64,000 bases of DNA from Lytechinus pictus (lineage: Eukaryota): contig NC_087251.1 of NCBI RefSeq assembly GCF_037042905.1, positions 37,946,001 through 38,010,000 of the forward strand, in the 5' to 3' direction. The position numbers were made by a program, and so were the translations under genes. The notes under the pieces were generated by a model. That model saw nothing but the letters and a program-made list of their open reading frames with translations. It did not search any database and had not been told where the DNA came from. Positions 24,601-39,600 of the stretch are shown here, one piece after another. Each line of letters begins with the position of its first letter. Position 1 is the first letter of the stretch.

Positions 24601-27600
24601 TGGGCAAAATTGGCCAAAATTGAGCAAAATATTATTTGTTCAATATTTCCCCCGAAACCCCCCCAAATTAGCCGTCTTCGCTCCCTGGGATGTTTAAGCA
24701 TCCTAACCGATTATTACAGCGAGAATCAAGAGAATCAAGAGGATCCAGGGAGTTTGAATTTTCGACCCCCTCGCCCCACCCGCGACATGGAAAATTGGGC
24801 AAAATTGAGCAAAATATTATTTGTTCAATATTTCCCCCGAAACCCCCCCAAATCAGCCGTCGTAGCTCCCTGGGATGTTTTAGCATCCTAACCGATTATT
24901 ACAGCGAGAATCATGAGGATCCAGGGAGTTTGAATTTTCGACCCCCTCGCCCCACCCGCGACATGGAAAATTGGGCAAAATTGAGCAAAATATTATTTGT
25001 TCAATATTTCCCCCGAAACCCCCCCAAATCAGCCGTCGTAGCTCCCTGGGATGTTTTAGCATCCTAACCGATTATTACAGCGAGAATCATGAGGATCCAG
25101 GGAGTTTGAATTTTCGACCCCCTCGCCCCACCCGCGACATGGAAAATTGGGCAAAATTGAGCAAAATATTATTTGTTCAATATTTCCCCCGAAACCCCCC
25201 CAAATCAGCCGTCGTAGCTCCCTGGGATGTTTAAGCATCCTAACCGATTATTACAGCGAGAATCAAGAGGATCCAGGGAGTTTGAATTTTCGTCCCCCTC
25301 GCGATGGAAAATTGGGCAAAATTGTCCAAAATTGAGCAAAATATTATTTGTTCAATATTTCCCCCGAAACCCCCCCAAATCAGCCGTCGTAGCTCCCTGG
25401 GATGTTTTAGCATCCTAACCGATTATTACAGCGAGAATCAAGACGATCCAGGGAGTTTGAATTTTCGACCCCCTCGCCCCACCCGCGACATGGAAAATTG
25501 GGGAAAACTGGCCAAAATTGAGCAAAATAATATTTGTTCAATATTTCCCCCGAAACCCCCCCAAATCAGCCGTCTTCGCTCCCTGGGATGTTTTAGCATC
25601 CTAACCGATTATTACAGCGAGAATCAAGAGGATCCAGGGAGTTTGAATTTTCAACCCCCTCGCCCCACCCGCGACATGGAAAATTGGGCAAAATTGGCCA
25701 AAATTGAGCAAAATAATATTTGTTCAATATTTCCCCGGAAACCCCCCCAAATCAGCCGTCTTCGCTCCCTGGGATGTTTTAACATCCTAACCGATTATTA
25801 CAGCGAGAATCAAATGGATCCAGGGAGTTTGAATTTTCGACCCCCTCGCCCCACCCGCGACATGGAAAATTGGGCAAAATTGGCCAAAATTGAGCAAAAT
25901 AATATTTGTTCAATATTTCCCCCGAAACCCCCCCAAATCAGCCGTCTTCGCTCCCTGGGATGTTTTATCATCCTAACCGATTATTACAGCGAGAATCAAG
26001 AGAATCAAGAGGATCCAGGAAGTTTGAATTTTCGACCCCCTCGCCCCACCCGCGACATGGAAAATTGGGCAAAATTTGCCAAAATTGAGCAAAATAATAT
26101 TTGTTCAATATTTCCCCCGAAACCCCCCCAAATCAGCCGTCTTCGCTCCCTGGGATGTTTTAACATCCTAACCGATTATTACAGCGAGAATCAAATGGAT
26201 CCAGGGAGTTTGAATTTTCGACCCCCTCGCCCCACCCGCGACATGGAAAATTGGGCAAAATTGGCCAAAATTGAGCAAAATAATATTTGTTCAATAATTC
26301 CCCCAAAACCCCCCCAAATCAGCCGTCTTCGCTCCCTGGGATGTTTTAGCATCCTAACCGATTACTACAGCGAGAATCATGAGGATCCAGGGAGTTTGAA
26401 TTTTTGACCCCCTCGCCCCACCCGCGACATGGAAAATTGGGCAAAATTGAGCAAAATATTATTTGTTCAATATTTCCCCCGAAACCCCCCCAAATCAGCC
26501 GACGTCGCTCCCTGGGATGTTTTAGCATCCTAACCGATTATTACAGCGAGAATCAAGAGGATCCAGGGAGTTTGAATTTTCGTCCCCCTCGCGATGGAAA
26601 ATTGGGCAAAATTGGCCAAAATTGAGCAAAATATTATTTGTTCAATATTTCCCCCGAAACCCCCCCAAATCAGCCGTCGTAGCTCCCTGGGATGTTTTAG
26701 CATCCTAACCGATTATTACAGCGAGAATCAAGAGGATCCAGGGAGTTTGAATTTTCGTCCCCCTCGCGATGGAAAATTGGGCAAAATTGAGCAAAATATT
26801 ATTTGTTCAATATTTCCCCCGAAACCCCCCCAAATCAGCCGTCGTAGCTCCCTGGGATGTTTTAGCATCCTAACCGATTATTACAGCGAGAATCAAGAGA
26901 ATCAAGACGATCCAGGGAGTTTGAATTTTCGACCCCCTCGCCCCACCCGCGACATGGAAAATTGGGCAAAATTGGCCAAAATTGAGCAAAATAATATTTG
27001 TTCAATAATTCCCCCGAAACCCCCCCAAATCAGCCGTCTTCGCTCCCTGGGATGTTTTAGCATCCTAACCGATTACTACAGCGAGAATCATGAGGATCCA
27101 GGGAGTTTGAATATTCGACCCCCTCGCCCCACCCGCGACATGGAAAATTGGGCAAAATTTGCCAAAATTGAGCAAAATATTATTTGTTCAATATTTCCCC
27201 CGAAACCCCCCCAAATCAGCCGTCGTCGCTCCCTGGGATGTTTTAGCATCCTAACCGATTATTACAGCGAGAATCAAGAGAATCAAGACGATCCAAGGAG
27301 TTTGAATTTTCGACCCCCTCGCCCCACCCGCGACATGGAAAATTGGGCAAAATTGGCCAAAATTGAGCAAAATAATATTTGTTCAATATTTCCCCCCAAA
27401 CCCCCCCAAATCAGCCATCTTCACTCCCTGGGATGTTTTAGCATCCTAACCGATTATTACAGCGAGAATCAAGAGGATTCAGGGAGTTTGAATTTTCGAC
27501 CCCCTCGCCCCACCCGCGACATGGAAAATTGGGCAAAATTGGCCAAAATTGAGCAAAATATTATTTGTTCAATATTTCCCCCGAAACCCCCCCAAATCAG

Positions 27601-30600
27601 CCGTCGTAGCTCCCTGGGATGTTTTAGCATCCTAACCGATTATTACAGCGAGAATCAAGAGGATCCAGGGAGTTTGAATTTTCGTCCCCCTCGCGATGGA
27701 AAATTGGGCAAAATTGGCCAAAATTGAGCAAAATATTATTTGTTCAATATTTCCCCCGAAACCCCCCCAAATCAGCCGTCGTAGCTCCCTGGGATGTTTT
27801 AGCATCCTAACCGATTATTACAGCGAGAATCAAGAGGATCCAGGGAGTTTGAATTTTCGTCCCCCTCGCGATGGAAAATTGGGCAAAATTGGCCAAAATT
27901 GAGCAAAATATTATTTGTTCAATATTTCCCCCGAAACCCCCCCAAATCAGCCGTCGTAGCTCCCTGGGATCTTTTAGCATCCTAACCGATTATTACAGCG
28001 AGAATCAAGAGAATCAAGACGATCCAGGGAGTTTGAATTTTCGACCCCCTCGCCCCACCCGCGACATGGAAAATTTGGCAATATTGGCCAAAATTGAGCA
28101 AAATAATATTTGTTCAATAATTCCCCCGAAACCCCCCGAAATCAGCCGTCTTCGCTCCCTGGGATGTTTTAGCATCCTAACCGATTACTACAGCGAGAAT
28201 CATGAGGATCCAGGGAGTTTGAATATTCGACCCCCTCGCCCCACCCGCGACATGGAAAATTGGGCAAAATTTGCCAAAATTGAGCAAAATATTATTTGTT
28301 CAATATTTCCCCCGAAACCCCCCCAAATCAGCCGTCGTCGCTCCCTGGGATGTTTTAGCATCCTAACCAATTATCACAGCGAGAATCAAGAGGATCCAGG
28401 GAGTTTGAATTTTCGACCCCCTCGCCCCACCCGCGACATGGAAAATTGGTCAAAATTGGCTAAAATTGAGCAAAATATTATTTGTTCAATATTTCCCCCG
28501 AAACCCCTCCAAATCAACCGTCTTCGCTCCCTGGGATGTTTTAGCATCCTAACCGATTATTACAGCGAGAATCAAGAGGATCCAGGGAGTTTGAATTTTT
28601 GACCCCCTCGCCCCAATCGCGACATGGAAAATTGGGCAAAATTGGCCAAAATTGAGCAAAATAATATTTGTTCAATAATTCCCCCGAAACCCCCCCAAAT
28701 CAGCCATCTTCGCTCCCTGGGATGTTTTAGCATCCTAACCGATTATTACAGCGAGAATCAAATGGATCCAGGGAGTTTGAATTTTCGACCCCCTCGCCCC
28801 ACCCGCGACATGGAAAATTGGGCAAAATTGGCCAAAATTGAGCAAAATAATATTTGTTCAATATTTCCCCCGAAACCCCCCCAAATCAGCCGTCTTCGCT
28901 CCCTGGGATGTTTTATCATCCTAACCGATTATTACAGCGAGAATCAAGAGAATCAAGAGGATCCAGGAAGTTTGAATTTTCGACCCCCTCGCCCCACCCG
29001 CGACATGGAAAATTGGGCAAAATTTGCCAAAATTGAGCAAAATAATATTTGTTCAATATTTCCCCCGAAACCCCCCCAAATCAGCCGTCTTCGCTCCCTG
29101 GGATGTTTTAACATCCTAACCGATTATTACAGCGAGAATCAAATGGATCCAGGGAGTTTGAATTTTCGACCCCCTCGCCCCACCCGCGACATGGAAAATT
29201 GGGCAAAATTGGCCAAAATTGAGCAAAATAATATTTGTTCAATAATTCCCCCAAAACCCCCCCAAATCAGCCGTCTTCGCTCCCTGGGATGTTTTAGCAT
29301 CCTAACCGATTACTACAGCGAGAATCATGAGGATCCAGGGAGTTTGAATTTTTGACCCCCTCGCCCCACCCGCGACATGGAAAATTGGGCAAAATTGAGC
29401 AAAATATTATTTGTTCAATATTTCCCCCGAAACCCCCCCAAATCAGCCGTCGTCGCTCCCTGGGATGTTTTAGCATCCTAACCGATTACTACAGCGAGAA
29501 TCATGAGGATCCAGGGAGTTTGAATTTTTGACCCCCTCGCCCCACCCGCGACATGGAAAATTGGGCAAAATTGAGCAAAATATTATTTGTTCAATATTTC
29601 CCCCGAAACCCCCCCAAATCAGCCGACGTCGCTCCCTGGGATGTTTTAGCATCCTAACCGATTATTACAGCGAGAATCAAGAGGATCCAGGGAGTTTGAA
29701 TTTTCGTCCCCCTCGCGATGGAAAATTGGGCAAAATTGGCCAAAATTGAGCAAAATATTATTTGTTCAATATTTCCCCCGAAACCCCCCCAAATCAGCCG
29801 TCGTAGCTCCCTGGGATGTTTTAGCATCCTAACCGATTATTACAGCGAGAATCAAGAGGATCCAGGGAGTTTGAATTTTCGTCCCCCTCGCGATGGAAAA
29901 TTGGGCAAAATTGAGCAAAATATTATTTGTTCAATATTTCCCCCGAAACCCCCCCAAATCAGCCGTCGTAGCTCCCTGGGATGTTTTAGCATCCTAACCG
30001 ATTATTACAGCGAGAATCAAGAGAATCAAGACGATCCAGGGAGTTTGAATTTTCGACCCCCTCGCCCCACCCGCGACATGGAAAATTGGGCAAAATTGGC
30101 CAAAATTGAGCAAAATAATATTTGTTCAATAATTCCCCCGAAACCCCCCCAAATCAGCCGTCTTCGCTCCCTGGGATGTTTTAGCATCCTAACCGATTAC
30201 TACAGCGAGAATCATGAGGATCCAGGGAGATTGAATATTCGACCCCCTCGCCCCACCCGCGACATGGAAAATTGGGCAAAATTTGCCAAAATTGAGCAAA
30301 ATATTATTTGTTCAATATTTCCCCCGAAACCCCCCCAAATCAGCCGTCGTCGCTCCCTGGGATGTTTTAGCATCCTAACCGATTATTACAGCGAGAATCA
30401 AGAGAATCAAGACGATCCAAGGAGTTTGAATTTTCGACCCCCTCGCCCCACCCGCGACATGGAAAATTGGGCAAAATTGGCCAAAATTGAGCAAAATAAT
30501 ATTTGTTCAATATTTCCCCCCAAACCCCCCCAAATCAGCCATCTTCACTCCCTGGGATGTTTTAGCATCCTAACCGATTATTACAGCGAGAATCAAGAGG

Positions 30601-33600
30601 ATTCAGGGAGTTTGAATTTTCGACCCCCTCGCCCCACCCGCGACATGGAAAATTGGGCAAAATTGGCCAAAATTGAGCAAAATATTATTTGTTCAATATT
30701 TCCCCCGAAACCCCCCCAAATCAGCCGTCGTAGCTCCCTGGGATGTTTTAGCATCCTAACCGATTATTACAGCGAGAATCAAGAGGATCCAGGGAGTTTG
30801 AATTTTCGTCCCCCTCGCGATGGAAAATTGGGCAAAATTGGCCAAAATTGAGCAAAATATTATTTGTTCAATATTTCCCCCGAAACCCCCCCAAATCAGC
30901 CGTCGTAGCTCCCTGGGATGTTTTAGCATCCTAACCGATTATTACAGCGAGAATCAAGAGGATCCAGGGAGTTTGAATTTTCGTCCCCCTCGCGATGGAA
31001 AATTGGGCAAAATTGGCCAAAATTGAGCAAAATATTATTTGTTCAATATTTCCCCCGAAACCCCCCCAAATCAGCCGTCGTAGCTCCCTGGGATGTTTTA
31101 GCATCCTAACCGATTATTACAGCGAGAATCAAGAGAATCAAGACGATCCAGGGAGTTTGAATTTTCGACCCCCTCGCCCCACCCGCGACATGGAAAATTT
31201 GGCAATATTGGCCAAAATTGAGCAAAATAATATTTGTTCAATAATTCCCCCGAAACCCCCCGAAATCAGCCGTCTTCGCTCCCTGGGATGTTTTAGCATC
31301 CTAACCGATTACTACAGCGAGAATCATGAGGATCCAGGGAGTTTGAATATTCGACCCCCTCGCCCCACCCGCGACATGGAAAATTGGGCAAAATTTGCCA
31401 AAATTGAGCAAAATATTATTTGTTCAATATTTCCCCCGAAACCCCCCCAAATCAGCCGTCGTCGCTCCCTGGGATGTTTTAGCATCCTAACCAATTATCA
31501 CAGCGAGAATCAAGAGGATCCAGGGAGTTTGAATTTTCGACCCCCTCGCCCCACCCGCGACATGGAAAATTGGTAAAAATTGGCTAAAATTGAGCAAAAT
31601 ATTATTTGTTCAATATTTCCCCCGAAACCCCTCCAAATCAACCGTCTTCGCTCCCTGGGATGTTTTAGCATCCTAACCGATTATTACAGCGAGAATCAAG
31701 AGGATCCAGGGAGTTTGAATTTTTGACCCCCTCGCCCCAATCGCGACATGGAAAATTGGGCAAAATTGGGCAAAATTGAGCAAAATAATATTTGTTCAAT
31801 AATTCCCCCGAAACCCCCCCAAATCAGCCATCTTCGCTCCCTGGGATGTTTTAGCATCCTAACCGATTATTACAGCGAGAATCAAGAGGATCCAGGGAGT
31901 TTGAATTTTCTACCCCCTCGCCCCACCCGCGACATGGAAAATTGGGCAAAATTGGCCAAAATTGAGCAAAATAATATTTGTTCAATATTTCCCCCGAAAC
32001 CCCCCCAAATCAGCCGTCTTCGCTCCCTGGAATGTTTTAGCATCCTAACTGATTATTACAGCGAGAATCATGAGGATCCAGGGAGTTTGAATTTTCGTCC
32101 CCCTCGCCCCACCCGCGACATAGAAAATTGGGCAAAATTTGCCAAAATTGAGCAAAATAATATTTGTTCAATAATTCCCCCGAAACCCCCCCAAATCAGC
32201 CGTCTTCGCTCCCTGGGATGTTTTAGCATCCTAACCGATTATAACAGCGAGAATCAAGAGGATTCAGGGAGTTTGAATTTTCGACCCCCTCGCCCCACCC
32301 GCGACATGGAAAATTGGGCAAAATTGGCCAAAATTGAGCAAAATATTATTTGTTCAATATTTCCCCCGAAACCCCCCCAAATCAGCCGTCGTAGCTCCCT
32401 GGGATGTTTTAGCATCCTAACCGATTATTACAGCGAGAATCAAGAGGATCCAGGGAGTTTGAATTTTCGTCCCCCTCGCGATGGAAAATTGGGCAAAATT
32501 GGCCAAAATTGAGCAAAATATTATTTGTTCAATATTTCCCCCAAAACCCCCCCAAATCAGCCGTCGTAGCTCCCTGGGATGTTTTAGCATCCTAACCGAT
32601 TATTACAGCGAGAATCAAGAGGATCCAGGGAGTTTGAATTTTCGTCCCCCTCGCGATGGAAAATTGGGCAAAATTGGCCAAAATTGAGCAAAATATTATT
32701 TGTTCAATATTTCCCCCGAAACCCCCCCAAATCAGCCGTCGTAGCTCCCTGGGATGTTTTAGCATCCTAACCGATTATTACAGCGAGAATCAAGAGAATC
32801 AAGACGATCCAGGGAGTTTGAATTTTCGACCCCCTCGCCCCACCCGCGACATGGAAAATTGGGCAATATTGGCCAAAATTGAGCAAAATAATATTTGTTC
32901 AATAATTCCCCCGAAACCCCCCGAAATCAGCCGTCTTCGCTCCCTGGGATGTTTTAGCATCCTAACCGATTACTACAGCGAGAATCATGAGGATCCAGGG
33001 AGTTTGAATATTCGACCCCCTCGCCCCACCCGCGACATGGAAAATTGGGCAAAATTTGCCAAAATTGAGCAAAATATTATTTGTTCAATATTTCCCCCGA
33101 AACCCCCCCAAATCAGCCGTCGTCGCTCCCTGGGATGTTTTAGCATCCTAACCAATTATCACAGCGAGAATCAAGAGGATCCAGGGAGTTTGAATTTTCG
33201 ACCCCTCGCCCCACCCGCGACATGGAAAATTGGTCAAAATTGGCTAAAATTGAGCAAAATATTATTTGTTCAATATTTCCCCCGAAACCCCTCCAAATCA
33301 ACCGTCTTCGCTCCCTGGGATGTTTTAGCATCCTAACCGATTATTACAGCGAGAATCAAGAGAATCAAGACGATCCAGGGAGTTTGAATTTTCGACCCCC
33401 TCGCCCCACCCGCGACATGGAAAATTGGGCAAAATTGGCCAAAATTGAGCAAAATAATATTTGTTCAATAATTCCCCCGAAACCCCCCCAAATCAGCCGT
33501 CTTCGCTCCCTGGGATGTTTTAGCATCCTAACCGATTACTACAGCGAGAATCATGAGGATCCAGGGAGTTTGAATATTCGACCCCCTCGCCCCACCCGCG

Positions 33601-36600
33601 ACATGGAAAATTGGGCAAAATTTGCCAAAATTGAGCAAAATATTATTTGTTCAATATTTCCCCCGAAACCCCCCGAAATCAGCCGTCGTCGCTCCCTGGG
33701 ATGTTTTAGCATCCTAACCGATTATTACAGCGAGAATCAAGACGATCCAAGGAGTTTGAATTTTCGACCCCCTCGCCCCACCCGCGACATGGAAAATTGG
33801 GCAAAATTGGCCAAAATTGAGCAAAATAATATTTGTTCAATATTTCCCCCCAAACCCCCCCAAATCAGCCGTCTTCACTCCCTGGGATGTTTTAGCATCC
33901 TAACCGATTATTACAGCGAGAATCAAGAGGATTCAGGGAGTTTGAATTTTCGACCCCCTCGCCCCACCCGCGACATGGAAAATTGGGCAAAATTGGCCAA
34001 AATTGAGCAAAATATTATTTGTTCAATATTTCCCCCGAAACCCCCCCAAATCAGCCGTCGTAGCTCCCTGGGATGTTTTAGCATCCTAACCGATTATTAC
34101 AGCGAGAATCAAGAGGATCCAGGGAGTTTGAATTTTCGTCCCCCTCGCGATGGAAAATTGGGCAAAATTGGCCAAAATTGAGCAAAATATTATTTGTTCA
34201 ATATTTCCCCCGAAACCCCCCCAAATCAGCCGTCGTAGCTCCCTGGGATGTTTTAGCATCCTAACCGATTATTACAGCGAGAATCAAGAGGATCCAGGGA
34301 GTTTGAATTTTCGTCCCCCTCGCGATGGAAAATTGGGCAAAATTGGCCAAAATTGAGCAAAATATTATTTGTTCAATATTTCCCCCGAAACCCCCCCAAA
34401 TCAGCCGTCGTAGCTCCCTGGGATGTTTTAGCATCCTAACCGATTATTACAGCGAGAATCAAGAGAATCAAGACGATCCAGGGAGTTTGAATTTTCGACC
34501 CCCTCGCCCCACCCGCGACATGGAAAATTGGGCAATATTGGCCAAAATTGAGCAAAATAATATTTGTTCAATAATTCCCCCGAAACCCCCCCAAATCAGC
34601 CGTCGTCGCTCCCTGGGATGTTTTAGCATCCTAACCAATTATCACAGCGAGAATCAAGAGGATCCAGGGAGTTTGAATTTTCGACCCCCTCGCCCCACCC
34701 GCGACATGGAAAATTGGTCAAAATTGGCTAAAATTGAGCAAAATATTATTTGTTCAATATTTCCCCCGAAACCCCTCCAAATCAACCGTCTTCGCTCCCT
34801 GGGATGTTTTAGCATCCTAACCGATTATTACAGCGAGAATCAAGAGGATCCAGGGAGTTTGAATTTATGACCCCCTCGCCCCAATCGCGACATGGAAAAT
34901 TGGGCAAAATTGGCCAAAATTGAGCAAAATAATATTTGTTCAATAATTCCCCCGAAACCCCCCGAAATCAGCCGTCTTCGCTCCCTGGGATGTTTTAGCA
35001 TCCTAACCGATTATTACAGCGAGAATCAAGAGGATCCAGGGAGTTTGAATTTTCTACCCCCTCGCCCCACCCGCGACATGGAAAATTGGGCAAAATTGGC
35101 CAAAATTGAGCAAAATAATATTTGTTCAATATTTCCCCCGAAACCCCCCCAAATCAGCCGTCTTCGCTCCCTGGAATGTTTTAGCATCCTAACTGATTAT
35201 TACAGCGAGAATCATGAGGATCCAGGGAGTTTGAATTTTCGTCCCCCTCGCCCCACCCGCGACATAGAAAATTGGGCAAAATTTGCCAAAATTGAGGAAA
35301 ATAATATTTGTTCAATATTTCCCCCGAAACCCCCCACAATCAGCCGTCTTCACTCCCTGGGATGTTTTAGCATCCTAACCGATTATTACAGTGAGAATCA
35401 AGAGGATCCAGTGAGTTTGAATTTTCGACCCCCTCGCCCCACCCGCGACATGGAAAATTGGGCAAAATTGGCCAAAATTGAGCAAAATAATATTTGTTCA
35501 ATATTTCCCCCGAAACCCCCCCAAATCAGCCGTCTTCGCTCCCTGGGATGTTTTAGCATCCTAACCGATGATTACAGTGAGAATCAAGAGGATCTAGTGA
35601 GTTTGAATTTTCGACTCCATTGCCCCACCCGTGACATGGAAAATTGGGCAAAATTGAGCAAAATAATATTTGTTCAATATTTCCCCCGAAACCCCCCCAA
35701 ATCAGCCGTCTTCGCTCCCTGGGATGTTTTAGCATCCTAACCGATTATTACAGTGAGAATCAAGAGGATCCAGTGAGTTTGAATTTTCGACCCCCTCGCC
35801 CCACCCGCGACATGGAAAATTGGGCAAAATTGGCCAAAATTGAGCAAAATATTATTTGTTCAATATTTCCCCCGAAACCCCCCCAAATTAGCCGTCTTCG
35901 CTCCCTGGGATGTTTAAGCATCCTAACCGATTATTACAGCGAGAATCAAGAGAATCAAGAGGATCCAGGGAGTTTGAATTTTCGACCCCCTCGCCCCACC
36001 CGCGACATGGAAAATTGGGCAAAATTGAGCAAAATATTATTTGTTCAATATTTCCCCCGAAACCCCCCCAAATCAGCCGTCGTAGCTCCCTGGGATGTTT
36101 TAGCATCCTAACCGATTATTACAGCGAGAATCATGAGGATCCAGGGAGTTTGAATTTTCGACCCCCTCGCCCCACCCGCGACATGGAAAATTGGGCAAAA
36201 TTGAGCAAAATATTATTTGTTCAATATTTCCCCCGAAACCCCCCCAAATCAGCCGTCGTAGCTCCCTGGGATGTTTAAGCATCCTAACCGATTATTACAG
36301 TGAGAATCAAGAGGATCGAGGGAGTTTGAATTTTCGTCCCCGTCGCGATGGAAAATTGGGCAAAATTGTCCAAAATTGAGCAAAATATTATTTGTTCAAT
36401 ATTTCCCCCGAAACCCCCCCAAATCAGCCGTCATAGCTCCCTGGGATGTTTTAGCATCCTAACCGATTATTACAGCGAGAATCAAGACGATCCAGGGAGT
36501 TTGAATTTTCGACCCCCTCGCCCCACCCGCGACATGGAAAATTGGGCAAAACTGGCCAAAATTGAGCAAAATAATATTTGTTCAATATTTCCCCCGAAAC

Positions 36601-39600
36601 CCCCCCAAATCAGCCGTCTTCGCTCCCTGGGATGTTTTAGCATCCTAACCGATTATTACAGCGAGAATCAAGAGGATCCAGGGAGTTTGAATTTTCAACC
36701 CCCTCGCCCCACCCGCGACATGGAAAATTGGGCAAAATTGGCCAAAATTGAGCAAAATAATATTTGTTCAATATTTCCCCGGAAACCCCCCCAAATCAGC
36801 CGTCTTCGCTCCCTGGGATGTTTTAACATCCTAACAGATTATTACAGCGAGAATCAAATGGATCCAGGGAGTTTGAATTTTTGACCCCCTCGCCCCACCC
36901 GCGACATGGAAAATTGGGCAAAATTGGCCAAAATTGAGCAAAATAATATTTGTTCAATATTTCCCCCGAAACCCCCCCAAATCAGCCGTCTTCGCTCCCT
37001 GGGATGTTTTATCATCCTAACCGATTATTACAGCGAGAATCAAGAGAATCAAGAGGATCCAGGAAGTTTGAATTTTCGACCCCCTCGCCCCACCCGCGAC
37101 ATGGAAAATTGGGCAAAATTTGCCAAAATTGAGCAAAATAATATTTGTTCAATATTTCCCCCGAAACCCCCCCAAATCAGCCGTCTTCGCTCCCTGGGAT
37201 GTTTTAACATCCTAACCGATTATTACAGCGAGAATCAAATGGATCCAGGGAGTTTGAATTTTCGACCCCCTCGCCCCACCCGCGACATGGAAAATTGGGC
37301 AAAATTGGCCAAAATTGAGCAAAATAATATTTGTTCAATAATTCCCCCAAAACCCCCCCAAATCAGCCGTCTTCGCTCCCTGGGATGTTTTAGCATCCTA
37401 ACCGATTACTACAGCGAGAATCATGAGGATCCAGGGAGTTTGAATTTTTGACCCCCTCGCCCCACCCGCGACATGGAAAATTGGGCAAAATTGAGCAAAA
37501 TATTATTTGTTCAATATTTCCCCCGAAACCCCCCCAAATCAGCCGTCGTCGCTCCCTGGGATGTTTTAGCATCCTAACCGATTACTACAGCGAGAATCAT
37601 GAGGATCCAGGGAGTTTGAATTTTTGACCCCCTCGCCCCACCCGCGACATGGAAAATTGGGCAAAATTGAGCAAAATATTATTTGTTCAATATTTCCCCC
37701 GAAACCCCCCCAAATCAGCCGTCGTCGCTCCCTGGGATGTTTTAGCATCCTAACCGATTATTACAGCGAGAATCAAGAGGATCCAGGGAGTTTGAATTTT
37801 CGTCCCCCTCGCGATGGAAAATTGGGCAAAATTGGCCAAAATTGAGCAAAATATTATTTGTTCAATATTTCCCCCGAAACCCCCCCAAATCAGCCGTCGT
37901 AGCTCCCTGGGATGTTTTAGCATCCTAACCGATTATTACAGCGAGAATCAAGAGGATCCAGGGAGTTTGAATTTTCGTCCCCCTCGCGATGGAAAATTGG
38001 GCAAAATTGGCCAAAATTGAGCAAAATATTATTTGTTCAATATTTCCCCCGAAACCCCCCCAAATCAGCCGTCGTAGCTCCCTGGGATGTTTTAGCATCC
38101 TAACCGATTATTACAGCGAGAATCAAGAGAATCAAGACGATCCAGGGAGTTTGAATTTTCGACCCCCTCGCCCCACCCGCGACATGGAAAATTGGGCAAA
38201 ATTGGCCAAAATTGAGCAAAATAATATTTGTTCAATAATTCCCCCGAAACCCCCCCAAATCAGCCGTCTTTGCTCCCTGGGATGTTTTAGCATCCTAACC
38301 GATTACTACAGCGAGAATCATGAGGATCCAGGGAGTTTGAATATTCGACCCCCTCGCCCCACCCGCGACATGGAAAATTGGGCAAAATTTGCCAAAATTG
38401 AGCAAAATATTATTTGTTCAATATTTCCCCCGAAACCCCCCCAAATCAGCCGTCGTCGCTCCCTGGGATGTTTTAGCATCCTAACCGATTATTACAGCGA
38501 GAATCAAGAGAATCAAGACGATCCAAGGAGTTTGAATTTTCGACCCCCTCGCCCCACCCGCGACATGGAAAATTGGGCAAAATTGGCCAAAATTGAGCAA
38601 AATAATATTTGTTCAATATTTCCCCCCAAACCCCCCCAAATCAGCCATCTTCACTCCCTGGGATGTTTTAGCATCCTAACCGATTATTACAGCGAGAATC
38701 AAGAGGATTCAGGGAGTTTGAATTTTCGACCCCCTCGCCCCACCCGCGACATGGAAAATTGGGCAAAATTGGCCAAATTTGAGCAAAATATTATTTGTTC
38801 AATATTTCCCCCGAAACCCCCCCAAATCAGCCGTCGTAGCTCCCTGGGATGTTTTAGCATCCTAACCGATTATTACAGCGAGAATCAAGAGGATCCAGGG
38901 AGTTTGAATTTTCGTCCCCCTCGCGATGGAAAATTGGGCAAAATTGGCCAAAATTGAGCAAAATATTATTTGTTCAATATTTCCCCCGAAACCCCCCCAA
39001 ATCAGCCGTCGTAGCTCCCTGGGATGTTTTAGCATCCTAACCGATTATTACAGCGAGAATCAAGAGGATCCAGGGAGTTTGAATTTTCGTCCCCCTCGCG
39101 ATGGAAAATTGGGCAAAATTGGCCAAAATTGAGCAAAATATTATTTGTTCAATATTTCCCCCGAAACCCCCCCAAATCAGCCGTCGTAGCTCCCTGGGAT
39201 GTTTTAGCATCCTAACCGATTATTACAGCGAGAATCAAGAGAATCAAGACGATCCAGGGAGTTTGAATTTTCGACCCCCTCGCCCCACCCGCGACATGGA
39301 AAATTGGGCAATATTGGCCAAAATTGAGCAAAATAATATTTGTTCAATAATTCCCCCGAAACCCCCCGAAATCAGCCGTCTTCGCTCCCTGGGATATTTT
39401 AGCATCCTAACCGATTACTACAGCGAGAATCATGAGGATCCAGGGAGTTTGAATATTCGACCCCCTCGCCCCACCCGCGACATGGAAAATTGGGCAAAAT
39501 TTGCCAAAATTGAGCAAAATATTATTTGTTCAATATTTCCCCCGAAACCCCCCCAAATCAGCCATCGTCGCTCCCTGGGATGTTTTAGCATCCTAACCAA

